This document shows, one piece after another, positions 38,927-50,699 of a DNA stretch of 64,000 bases; the first letter of the stretch is position 1; the number at the start of each line of letters is the position of its first letter. A program made the position numbers and the translations under genes. This stretch comes from Antechinus flavipes (lineage: Eukaryota), in NCBI RefSeq assembly GCF_016432865.1, contig NC_067400.1, forward strand, positions 352,346,001 to 352,410,000. Direction: 5' to 3'. Below the pieces are notes generated by a model, which was given only the letters and a program-made list of their open reading frames with translations, did no database searches and was not told where the DNA came from.

Positions 38927-39029
38927 CCTCATCCATCTACCGAGTCCGCAGTATCCCAAGCCTAAGCCAAGACGGAGGCTACCTGTGCGCATCCATCTCC
39001 GCAGCCTGACAACCAAGTGCACACAGACC

Positions 39030-39965
39030 TAAGCCAGCATCCTGGGCTCGCCGCCTCTCAGATCCCACTCCGCCCTCCCCTTCACCTCCGCCCGGTCACT
39101 TGCAAGCCCCACCTTTCTCCTTCTGGGTAGGACCCCGAACCCAGCACCATCTCGCCCCCACCTCTCCAGGCCCCTGAGATCCGGCCTCATCCCCAGCCGC
39201 CACGGTGCAGGGCTCCCCGCCAAAGTCAAGCCTCTGGAATCACCCGGGCCTCCCACGAGCCGACACATCGCCGGGGGGGGGGTCCCGTGGCAAGGGCCGC
39301 CTCTCTCCTCAGGCCATTCTCTCCAGTGGTGCTGCTGCCGAAGCCTCCCCCCGCCTCTCCCCGCCCCCAATAACTCACCCCATCTTCCGCCATCTTCCAC
39401 GGCCGGGGCCCCCACAACCATCACCATTACCAGCCGACACTCCCCCCCCCCCCCACTCCAGGTTCCCCTGAACTCCTCCCTCTTTTTCTCTCTCGTATGC
39501 CTGCGCAGTCGCACAAGCTTCGGGAAAGGCGGCTTCCGGCAGGCGCGCGTTCTGACTTCAGAGCTGGAGGCTTGTAAGTCCTGGCACTGCAACTTCCGGT
39601 CCCCGCAGAGGTGGCGCTGGCGGGGCTCATGGGGTTGGTTCTGTCTGGGTTCTCGTGACTGTCCGGACTATGGGATGAGAAAGTGGCCCGCTAGTCGTGG
39701 GCGGACGTGAGGGAGACGTGCACATGCATAACTACACATCGGTCGGATTGCTGTGAGCTTGGTCCCCGCTCTGATCCCTGTTATGGAAGTGGAAGGCTTG
39801 GTTACCCAGACAGAGTCCCCGGCCGCAGCCATCACCTTCCGGGTTGTCCCAGGGCGGGAGTGGGAAATGGTGGAATCCTTTCCCACTTTCGTTGTAGGTG
39901 CGGAAATTTAGACCCAGAGAGAGGGATGACTAGCCCAAGGTCATGCGGCTGTAGCCCGGCCTGTG
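39030..39965. promoter_or_regulatory. CpG island / INSIG2 promoter
   Basis: The only GC- and CpG-rich kilobase in the window. ETS cores CTTCCGG at 39533, 39593 (within ACTTCCGGT 39592-39600) and 39836; GC boxes GGGCGG at 39699 and ~39852; ACGTG at 39705 and 39716. Confidence 0.9.
39379..39550 (-). other. INSIG2: INSIG2 non-coding exon 1 (3' end firm, TSS approximate)
   Basis: Consensus donor GGG|GTGAGT at 39378 inside the CpG island; YY1-type AAGATGGCG motif (39396-39388) just before it; GT skew and (TG)n in the intron downstream on the sense strand. Confidence 0.7.
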
Positions 39966-40729
39966 ATGCCCAAGTTTAGCTCTCTTAGCAATTGTTAAAT
40001 ACCTACTGTTTGTTAATGGGGTAACTAGATGGTGCAATGTGCCCCCTATTTATCTCAATTGCTTTACGTCTAAAAATGGGGACACACTGAATAAGAAAAT
40101 GTCAAATCATTCCATTATTTGCCAAGAAACTCCCTTGGACAAAGTCCTTGGGATCACATAATAGCACATAATAGGACACGACTGAACCACAAATGTTAAG
40201 TATTCTAGGTGCAAGTAGAGTGAACTGCACTCACCCCAGAGGTGGCTCTGAGATTTTAGAGCTTCTGCTGGGGGCCATTTGTTGGGAGAAAAAGTCTGTC
40301 AAATGAAATAACATGCAAATTTCTTTGCAAATCTTGAACTCTCCTTACATAACTGCTAGCTTTTTTTTTTTTTTAAAGACCATTCCTTTTGAAAGTTGGG
40401 AAATTTGTTCATTTTCTGCCGTTTTTGAACCATAGAAGTTAACAGGAAGGAATCAAATCGAAATCGAAATACATCAAATCATTAGAATATTAGAGTTTGA
40501 AGCTGCCCATGGTTTCAATTAATGTTATATGTAAGTGAGAAATGAAATGATTTGCCAAAGGTCATGCAACCTGTCAGTGACACATCCTTGAAAAACCTGG
40601 TTTCCTGATTCCCAGCCCACTTTCTATGCTACCTCACTTTATTTTGTCTTTAGCCCTATGTTTGGAAATACTCTCCAGTTGTTTTGTGTGTTTTGTCTTC
40701 TTAAACAAGGACTAACACCTTCTTGGGGG

Positions 40730-40875
40730 CAGGAATTAGATGACTCTGGAGGGGAAGGTGAGGCAAGTGACTTTGCATAGCCCTCCCTCACTTAAATCCA
40801 GCCCACTTGCGTATCCATGGTACCATCTCCCTGATCTCATTCTCCCCTTCCAGAAGGAAGGTCAAACAACAACAA
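40730..40875 (+). mobile_element. marsupial RTE-related SINE 3' part (WALLSI/MdoRep1-like)
   Basis: ggaaggtgaggcaagtgactttgcatagccctccctcacttaaatcca...gaaggtcaaacaacaacaa tail. Confidence 0.6.
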
Positions 40876-42569
40876 TATTCTATATCTTCCACAATTCTCC
40901 ACACAATATATAGAATGGAAGGTAAATAGAACATTGGAATTGTATTTAACTGACCTGGGTTGGAATTTTAACTTTGCTATTTATGTCATGAGCTAGTCTT
41001 CAGTCTCTTTTTAGTCATCGATAAAGAGGAAGCAATTAAACTAGATATCAGAAAGAGCTTCCAGCTTTAAATCTATGATGCTATGACTATCACCTGATTA
41101 GAAACATAGAATGCCAGCTTTTGCAGAATCTGATTTTTAAATTTTATTTTATAATAACAGTACTTAAGTCCATTGATATTCAGAAGTTCAAGCTGTAAAG
41201 TGAGTTTTATTTAACTTGTGTGAATGACTAAAGAGTATCCTGAGAAACTCAACCTCAAAATAAATAAATAAAAATACAAGAGAAATTTATTTTACAGAAC
41301 TTACAGATTATCTAGCAAATTGGCACATTGTCTTTTTATTGTGATTTACTTTTAGAATGTACTTAAAGGATGTAATCTATACTGGGCCCAGAAGAGTTAA
41401 GTTTACACTAGAAATTTGTATAATTTCTGATAAGTTAATTGGGAAGAGTAGGAGGAGACAAAAGGAGCAGAAGTAACTAATTTTCATATTTTTAGTTTTA
41501 AACAAGACAATCTTTCCTGAAAGATAAGGGTAAGACTAAATCAGACATCAGTACTCAACAAACTGGTTTAACAGATATTGTTGGCTCTTGTTTTCTCTAT
41601 TTTTTTAGTATTATGTAACTATATCCTTCATATTATATGGTCTTAGTGAATGAGAATTCCTAATGTATTAAGCCAGATAAAATACTACTAAGAAAAAATA
41701 TTCAAAAATAGTCTTATTAAGAATACATAAATAATATGCATACGAAGACAACTGTTTTTTTCTCTCCTTCCCAATTCCCATTGCCTTAGCAGAGGCTTTC
41801 ATATGTCTTAACAGGGCTTTCAGGAAATCTTAATGAAAATCAGTAGGCAATATAACTTCTCCATGTTCCTGAAGCCCTGTGTTTCATTTATTACATTCTA
41901 TGGTGATTGGATATGGAAATAAGAAAATCTCAAGTCAATTACTGAAATTAACTTTATTATTTGGAAAATAGTACCATTCTAAGTAATCTGTGACATATTT
42001 TAGGAGAGCCAGCCCTGGATTATGTTAGGAAGACTAGATTTTAATCCTGGCTCTGTCACTGAAAAACTGTGTAACCCCAGGGAAAAGTCATTTAACTTCA
42101 TTGGGCCTCGGTTTTCTCATCTATAAAATGAAGAAATTGAATTATAGGATAATTATTTCTCCCTTGAAATTTAGCAGATCCAAAATAAGCCCTTCCCCGA
42201 ACCTTCTCTTTCCTATTGTTGGTAAAGATGCCATCATACTCCCTAAATACATAATCTGTTGCCAAATATTGCCAAATCTACTTTACCAGCATCTCTTAAA
42301 TACTTCCACTTCATTCACAAAAGCACAATTCTAGTTCTGATACTTATCACCTCTGACATGCACTACCATAATAAGCTTCTAACCCAACTCCCTGCATCTT
42401 CTCTCCCTTTCCAATCATCTATTCATCTGCCAAGGTGATTTTTCTAAATTGAAGGCTTGATGATGTCAACTTCTCCATTCCCACCTCCTCTCACCATGAA
42501 TTCTAGTGTCACCATATTATTTCCAGAATTAAATATAAATTCCTTTGTTTGACTTTTAAAGTTCTTCAT

Positions 42570-43340
42570 AGTCAAATTTATTTAAAAAAAAAAAAGAGCC
42601 ATGCTCCAGTTGATAAATGATCAAAAGATATGATCTGTGCTCAGAGGACTGTAAATTCATGCACATCCTTTGTCCTAACAACACCACTACTAGGCATGAA
42701 TACCAAAAGAGATTAGGAAAAACAAAAAAAGAAAAATGACCTAGAAGTAATATATATATTTTCATAGCTGCTCTCAGGGCAAAAAAAAAAAAAAGTAAAT
42801 TGAGGGGATCCCTATCAGTTGGGGAATGGCTCAATAAACTTGTTATTGTGATGGGATATTCTCGTTCTCTGGGAAATGATGAACAGGATGCTGGGGGGGG
42901 AGGGAGGGGGGCGCAACTTGGAAAGTCCTCCATGAACACAGTGAAATTTAGTGTATACAAAGTAATAGCAATGTCTGGAATAACCAGCTGTAAATGACTT
43001 TGCTATTCTCAGTAATACAATCATCCATGACTACTCTGAAGGACTTAAAATGAAAAATACTATCCATATCCAGAAAAGAAACTGATTGTGTCTAAACAGA
43101 TTGAAGCCTTCTTTCTCTGTCACTCTCCTTACCCCCCCCCCCTCTTTCTTTTTTAACTTAATTTTTCTTGAGGGTTTTTATTTCCATTAGTCAGGGAGAT
43201 CTATATTTTCTTTCACAATTTGATTTTTATGGAAATGTCTTGCATACTTCACATGTGGTTTCTTAATTGTGGGTTGGGATAAGGGAGAGAACCTAGAATT
43301 CAAAACTCTTAAAGAATGTAAAAAAAAAATTGTTTTGAAT
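42570..43340 (+). mobile_element. degraded L1 ORF2 end / 3'UTR
   Basis: cctttgtcctaacaacaccactactaggc...cctatcagttggggaatggctcaataaac...ggtttattttccattag-type L1 3' features. Confidence 0.6.
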
Positions 43341-44019
43341 GAATAAATAAAAAAAGTTCTTCATGACTTTTCTCCCAACTTTCAATCTTCTTGTACTTCT
43401 GTATATTTACTATATTTCAGCAACAATGAATTTGCAGTTGCAATAAAACAAAACAACACACTTCTCTTCTCCTTGACTTGGTACTTTCTGTCTTTTACAT
43501 CTAGAATTCTTTGCCCCCTGCCCTCTGCCTCTTAATTTCCTTGTTCAAGATTCAGTTAAAATCATATTCATTCAAAGAGGTCTTTGCACATCTCCCTAAC
43601 CACCTCACCCCATGTCCTAATGCCTTCTCCTCTCAGATTGCCTTCCAACTTTGATTTTATTTTTTTAAATCAGCAAAAGTCTACCTTCTTAACCCACTGA
43701 ACTTGGGAATTAAAAGGTTCCCATTACAAATATGTATAGTTAATCAAAACAAACTTCATATTGGCCATCTAAAAAATATTGTCTCATTCTGCAATGAGTC
43801 TTTCATCTCTCAATCAAGAGGTTGGTCACATGTTTCTTCATCAGTCCTGTGGAATCATGGTTAGTCATTATAATAAGGTTCCAAATTCTTAAATTGTTAT
43901 TTGCCTTTACCATATTGTTATGTAAATGGCTCTGTTCACTTCATTTGGTATCAGATATACAAGTATTTCCAGGTTTCACTATAATCATCCCCTTCATCAT
44001 CAGTTACAATAGTATTTCA

Positions 44020-44061
<42 letters not shown>

Positions 44062-44839
44062 TTGTTCATCCATTTCCCTAGATTTATGGGTCCTACCTCA
44101 AAAGAATTTCAGCTGTAATATATAAAATATATTATACATCTAAAGATGTATAAAAAAGTAAAATATTACTTAGAACATGATCCCTTTCTCAATGTACTCT
44201 TCTTGTTCCCTTCCTTGCTTCTCCCCTTTCCCTCCTGTTTCTTGTTGAATGAAATGTATTTGTCTACCCAACTATATATGTCAATGCGTATTCTTCCTTT
44301 CTTTAAACAGTTCAGTTAAGAATGAGGTTAAAGTGTCAGCTGCCCCCCCCTCCCCCCATGTCCTTTTCACTTGGTAGATGTCTACTTGTATACCTTAATT
44401 ATATAAGAGCACTTTTCCTAACCTTTCTTTTCCTTCCCTGTCCTCCAAGGATATCTCTTTCCCTCTATCTTTCTGTTTTTCTTTTAAGATCAAGACAAAA
44501 TAAAACCACTCCTGGAACATGTTTGTTTAGACTGCCTCAATGACTCATAATGATGATAATACTCAGAGAGACACAAAATCATCTTCCTCTATTAAAATGT
44601 AAGCAGTTTATACTAGTTTAGTTTATCATCAATGTTCATTTATAGTCACCATTTTATGTTTCTATACAGTTCCTTCTGGGTTTTGTTTTTGTTTGTATTT
44701 TTGTTTTTGTTTTTATCAGGAATTCTTGGAAGTCCTCTTTTTTTCATTAAAAATCTATCCCTTCCCCCATAATATTATACTTAATCTTATAGTATATATT
44801 AATTATTATACTTAATTATACTCAAGTTATTTTTGACCC

Positions 44840-44945
44840 TGACATAGTTTCCACTATAAAGTACTGGAAAACTAGGAATATATTCTTTGCCTTCTAGAAG
44901 ATTATATTCCTAGTTTTCCAGTACTTTATAGTGGAAACTATGTCA
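44840..44945. repeat. perfect 43-bp inverted repeat with 20-bp spacer
   Basis: Arm 44840-44882 (tgacatagtttccactataaagtactggaaaactaggaatata) is the exact reverse complement of 44903-44945. Confidence 0.97.
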
Positions 44946-45144
44946 TATTTGATCATGTGTGATTGTTTGGCTCATTAGTACTTGAATTCTGGCTGCTTGA
45001 AGTATTTTTTCTTTGATTATAAAGTTCTGGCTATAATGTTCCAGAAGTTTTCATTTGGTGGTTTCTTTCAGGAAGTGACTGGTGTGTTCTTTCTATTTCT
45101 ATTTTGCCCTCCCGGTTCTAAGAGATCTGCAAAGTTTTCTTTCT

Positions 45145-45293
45145 TTCTTTTCTTCTTTTTTTTTTCCCCCTGAGGCAATTGGGATTAAGTGATTTACCCA
45201 GCTCACAGGAAGTATTACGTGTCTGAGGCTAGATTTGAGATCATCTTCTTATTTCAGGGCCCGTATTCTCTCTATTGCACATTTAGCTGCTCC
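45145..45293 (-). mobile_element. WSINE1-like SINE
   Basis: T-rich tail then ctgaggcaattgggattaagtgatt...gtctgaggctagatttgag...tttagctgctcc. Confidence 0.75.
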
Positions 45294-45338
45294 TCTGGAA
45301 AGTTTTCTTACATGATTTTTTGAAACATGATTCTAGGC

Positions 45339-45369
<31 letters not shown>

Positions 45370-48300
45370 CATATCATTCAGATACTTCAATTCTTAAATT
45401 TTTCCTTCTCAATCTGTTATTTGGGGCAATTGTTTTTGCTATGAGAAACTTTACATATCTTCTATTTTTTCAGCCTTTTGACTTTGTTTTAATATTTCTC
45501 ATGGAATCATGGAATCATTGGCTTTGATTTAGTCCATTCTGATTTCAGGACATGTGTTACTTGGATAGGATTTTTTCCTTTTGTGCCAAGCTGTTAATTC
45601 CCTTTCCAATTCTTTCTTCTATATCTCATATTTTCTCCCATTTTTTTCCTTTGGCAATTTCATTTGTAAAATGAACAAATAAAAACCTCTTATCTCTTCC
45701 TGATGTTTAACTGGTAGTTGTTAGGGAGTTATTCTCTTCTGAATTTACCTTGAGTATCCCTGCTACCATAACAGCTTATTATGCGGGGTGGGAGGGAAGG
45801 GCAGGGTTTTTTGTTTGTTTGCTTGATTATTCTTTCAAATCCCCTTCTTCACTTTAAACCTGAGATTCCACTCTTCTCAGGGAATCTGAGCCAAATAGGT
45901 GTTGCTTACTTTTAAATTCCTGTTTTCTCAGCATAACCTCCCAGAAATGTCATCCCCATGTTCAGGTCCCCTTCTCAGCCTACCTTAGATCTGTGACTCA
46001 GAACTGGGTAATGGACAACATAACTGTAGTCAACACCTCCCAAGCTATGCTCCAGTATGGATATGAGACCTCTGATACTCAGCCTCTGCATTGCAGTGGT
46101 TTTGTCCTCCTGCCCCAACCCAGTCCTCCAATATCAATAGATTTTTCTATTTTGCTATACTGATTTGGACAAAGAACTCATTGTAACTTTTTCTGGCTTT
46201 ACTCTTTAGGATTCATTCTATTCATTTTGGAGGAGTTGTGGACAGGAGTTCAGCTGTATTGGTTTTGTTGTTTTTCTTTTTTTCCTGTTTTTTTTTTTTT
46301 TTTTTTTTTTTGCAAAGGACCTTGACTCCATCACCCCCTTTTATCGTTTAGTTACCCATTTGTTTACATGTTTTCTCCCCAGTTAGCATGTATGCTCCTT
46401 AAGGGTACATAACTGAATTTTTGCCTGTCTTTATATTCCCAGCACTTACACAGTCCCTGGTACATAGTTTTGTGATAAATATGATTAATAAATATTTGTT
46501 GACTTCTAAAGTCTTTTTCACCTCTAAAAATTTCTGTGGCTCTATCAGTGCCTACCAGAGGAAGAAAAGACAATGAAGTGTTTGCTTTCTTATAATCATT
46601 ATATTTTAACAATCACTCCCAACAGAAGGAACAAATGAATCAAAATAAATTCTTTTACTTAATTAATATAAACACTGACTGCAGTTTATTTGCCCAGTTC
46701 AGGTGAGACATTGTTAGACTTGAACTAATGATAGCTCAGGGCCTCATGGCTAAACCTGATCCCTGAACTGGGGAATCTTACTTAAGAAAATAAAATACTA
46801 TTAATTCCATAGAAAAGCACAGGTAAAAAGTCACATAAAGGGACCTTCTAGGAATTTATATGACCAGAAAAGGAGGTGATATGATCATGTAGCAAGAGTG
46901 AAAATTACTATCTGGACAGCCCAAATCTTTGAATGAATGAAAACATAAAACTACAGTAATTTTATGTGTTGTTATAAAGAAAATCTGGTATAAGAGAACC
47001 ATATAATACCCCAAAGCCTATTGAAATGACTTGCATTATCCATTATTTTAGATTATTACAAATAAATTTACAAATTTACAAATTACTAAATTACAAATAA
47101 AAAATAGGACCTTGTAGTAGGTCCTACAAGATTGATAAGACTTTGGATATGTGCCTGGTAATGTCTAAAAAACAGTATTAATACATTTTGAGTTGCTATA
47201 ACAATTTGCAAAGATCATTTGCTAAGTTATAAAGTGATAGTGATCTCTATCCTTGGAAGGGATACTTAAAATGAAATAAAAATGAAGTATTTGTATCCCT
47301 ACATATTTTCATTAATATAGGTAATTAAAAGATGAAAATATATGTACATATATACACATAAACATAAAAACATTCATTTCTAGATAAAGGTGAAGAAAAA
47401 GGAATGAAGTTGTGCACCCACAGAGCCATCCTTAACAATATCCATCTTAGAAATTAAGAACCAGAAATCTCTTTAGCTGATTTCTTTAATTATTACAATA
47501 ATGGTTCCTGACATTTTAATTTCATGGTTTTAAGAAACAGAGCAACAGTATATATTCAGGGAAGAAAGCAACTGGATCACAGGCCAAGAACAGAAAACCA
47601 TTTTTATATAAAATGCCATACCAAGTATTTGCTTTTTCAAGAGCATTCAACCCACCTTAGACTTAAATAAATTAATTTTCTAAAAACACTAGCAAATTAG
47701 CATTCAACTTAAAGTCAGGAGACTTTGTTTAAATCTCAATTTTGACACTGTATAACATTAGGGAAGTCACTTTAACCTTGCAGAGGCTTTTTGGTTTTTT
47801 AGTGCAAAATGGAGATAATAGTGCTTGAACATTACCTTATAAGATTGTTATTAAAAAACACCTAAATACTTAAAGTACCACATCAGTATGAATTATGTTA
47901 GAAGTTTAAAAGAAAGAGTATTAAACCATGACCTCATATAAGTTCTTAACATCAAATTAATGTCTTTTTGCACTACAGGAAATAGAATCCAGTAATATTA
48001 GGAGGAGGCCTAATGACTTTAGTTATATTGTTTGGAAATGATGTCCTTGAAATTTGAGGCATCCTCTACACATTATTTTAGCACTTATCCCCAGCTTCAA
48101 AGTTTAGTTCAAGTTTCATGTAAAAAATTTTATGGGTAGCAGAGAGTGTATAGCTAAAGATAGTTCACAACAGAAGCAATTATTTTAATTGGGACTACCT
48201 CAATCACTACAAGACCATAGATAATCTATCTCTTTCTTCTGGCTGTCTGGCCAAGGTTCTAATGCCAAAATTTTATCAGAATAATGGGGATAGGGAAGGA

Positions 48301-50330
48301 ACAGCTTCCTTTCTCTCACTACTCCTTTAGGAGTTAAATCAAGGGTACTAGTGACAATCTCTTACAAAGATTTTTTTCACCTAAAAGAAAAAAACCAGAG
48401 CCATTTTTGTGATACTATCTGTTGGTTTTGTATTGATGTGTTTATGTATGTGTCATAACTAAACTATAGGCTTCTGGAGGCAAAGTATAGATTTTGGCTA
48501 GCTTTCTTTCACATATTAGACACTCAACTAATTGTTTACGACCAGAAAATTTTCTTTCCTTTGGATATTGGATCTTGGTTCTCAAAAACTGAGTAAAATG
48601 GGAAAGGGTGAAACACCATTTTATGTCCAAATGATGCCAACATTAAGTAAAGCAGAGTGGATTTAGTGGCAAAAGAATATGAAGTTAAGGGTCTAGTTTA
48701 AATTCCAGTTTTGCTTCTCACTGCTTGTGTGGCTTCACTTGTTAAGGTTTCAAGTCCTTATATAAAACAAAGGGGTATTGGACTAGTGGATCCATGAACT
48801 AGGATTCATTGAATCAAGTAGCATTTTTCTGTTCCTGGTTTATCTCCCCTATGAGAGTATAAGCCATATATTTATAAAATATTCTATTTTATGTTATAAT
48901 TTTATATATGTATTATCTTCTCTACTACTTCATAATACTCTCCTAGGTATAAAGAAATTGACTTCTTTATCTGTGGAGCTAAATGCTTGTTCAATGGTCC
49001 AGAATTTGTTGAATTTTGGTTAGCAATAATAGAGGCTTACTGTGGACCAAAGTAGGCTGTCATATATCATCAATAAAGATTTACAGATGAAGTGGTTTAA
49101 AGAAGCTAGATCTTTCCAGAGATAATCATCAAATAGCTTATGTTCTCAGTTGTTCTGTCAATACTAAGAGATCCTAAAGTACTGAGAAACTGCTCTGTGG
49201 AAGGCATGGGAGGGCATGAAAAGAGTCAGGCAGATTGAGAGAGCAAGAACAGATTGAAATCTGGACCACTGGAGGACCACTATTAAATTGATAATTCCAG
49301 AGTCAGCAAAGCATTAAGAAGCAAGATTGTAAAATCTTTGCAGATTAAAGGAATAGCATGTAAACCTTTTAGAACATTGAAGGGAAACTTCTATGATCTA
49401 AACTCAACAATTGGCACAATCTTCATACATTTGGTTACTATAACTGCCCAGAGTATTCTTTTGAGGATCTTCATTCAATCCACTTGCTCTGCTGGCAACA
49501 GTATTTGCCAAAACTTCCAAAGTAATTACAATTACTCAGTGATTTTGTAATAGTGGCTTTTCATCTTGGAACTGAAATGAACCTATGAACTCATTTCTCC
49601 TAGGATACCAAATAGTAAGATGTTTAGATAATTTGTCCAGCTGTGACCTTGACCTGATTTTATTTCAAACCTGCATTAATCAAACCACTCAAATCTAAAG
49701 TTTCATGACAGATTAAAAGGAATGAACCGAGGAAATCTTACAGAGAAGCACCCAGCAGACACAGATAATGTCAAGCCACTTTTCTCCTTGGGTTTTGTAG
49801 CATCTTAGTTGTGGCTCTTTTTTATATATCTTTGTCTCCTTAGAAGACCTTTAGCTATCCTTTTATCCTTTTCTCCCTAACCTGGACTCTCTTTAAGTGA
49901 TCCCATCAACTTCCATGAATTCAATTACTAACTTTATGAAGATGACCCCTGAATCCATATATTCAGTCCTCACCTCTCTCTCAAGTGCTAATCCTGCATC
50001 TATATGCATTAGTATGACTCCAAGCAACTCAAACTGAACACATTTAAAACATAATTCATCGTTTCCTTTTATTGTTGTTGTTGCCATTGTTTAGTTGTTT
50101 TAATGCCATTTAGAGATTTCTTGGCAAATATACTAGATTGCTTTGCAATTTCCAATGCAAATGGACTTGTCCTGAGTCACAGAGCTAGTAAATATCTTAT
50201 ACTGAATCTGAACTCACGTCTTCCTGATTCCAGATTGAGTACTTAATCCATTGTACCACTTAGTTCTCCCTTTATTTCCCCCAAAATCCATCCTATTGTC
50301 TAACTTAGTTACTTCTAGTAAGAGTACCAC

Positions 50331-50681
50331 TGTAAAGGGCTGAAGCTCTTATGTTGAGGCACTGAGGTTGGTTAGAGCACTTAAGGCTAATTACTGATTG
50401 GACAATACTCTATGGGCATGTGCTTGGGGAATGGCCCTTCCCACTATCCTGTGCTGGCTTGATAATTGGTGTATACAGAGTGTTGTAGGAGGGATGAGGG
50501 GGTGGAGTAAGACTAGCCAGGGTCATTTTGGCAGTAGACAAGGAAGAAGGAAGGTAGTGGAGATTCTGCTTCCATCCAATTCAATCTTACCTCTAAAGAC
50601 CAATAATAAAGACCGAGGACTTTTGCTTATCCTGACTCTGGCTGATTCTAAGGTATCCAGGATGCTAATGCAGTCATCACA
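50331..50681 (+). mobile_element. solo LTR, 351 bp, inserted in an L2 remnant
   Basis: TG...CA termini (tgtaaagggc...gtcatcaca); AATAAA at 50605-50610; flanks TACCAC / TACCAT (6-bp TSD, 1 mismatch). Confidence 0.8.
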
Positions 50682-50699
50682 TACCATCACCCTTCCAGT

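Larger units (their letters stand above)
43660..46260 (-). mobile_element. old L1 fragments (3' end, then ORF1 region), with (CA)n at ~44021-44053 and a WSINE1 insertion
   Basis: Reverse-strand L1 ORF1-like sequence (ctttgccttctagaagattatattcc...gttttcatttggtggtttctttcaggaagtga) and L1 3' end features. Confidence 0.6.

Noticed and set aside
25140-39378. FXR IR1 elements reported in rodent Insig2 introns
   Set aside because: Only half-sites or poor IR0/IR1 matches seen; no RGGTCAnTGACCY found.
39029-39979. Several 60-187 aa ORFs over the promoter
   Set aside because: Typical stop-poor GC-rich CpG-island ORFs with low-complexity G/P/R content; no homology.
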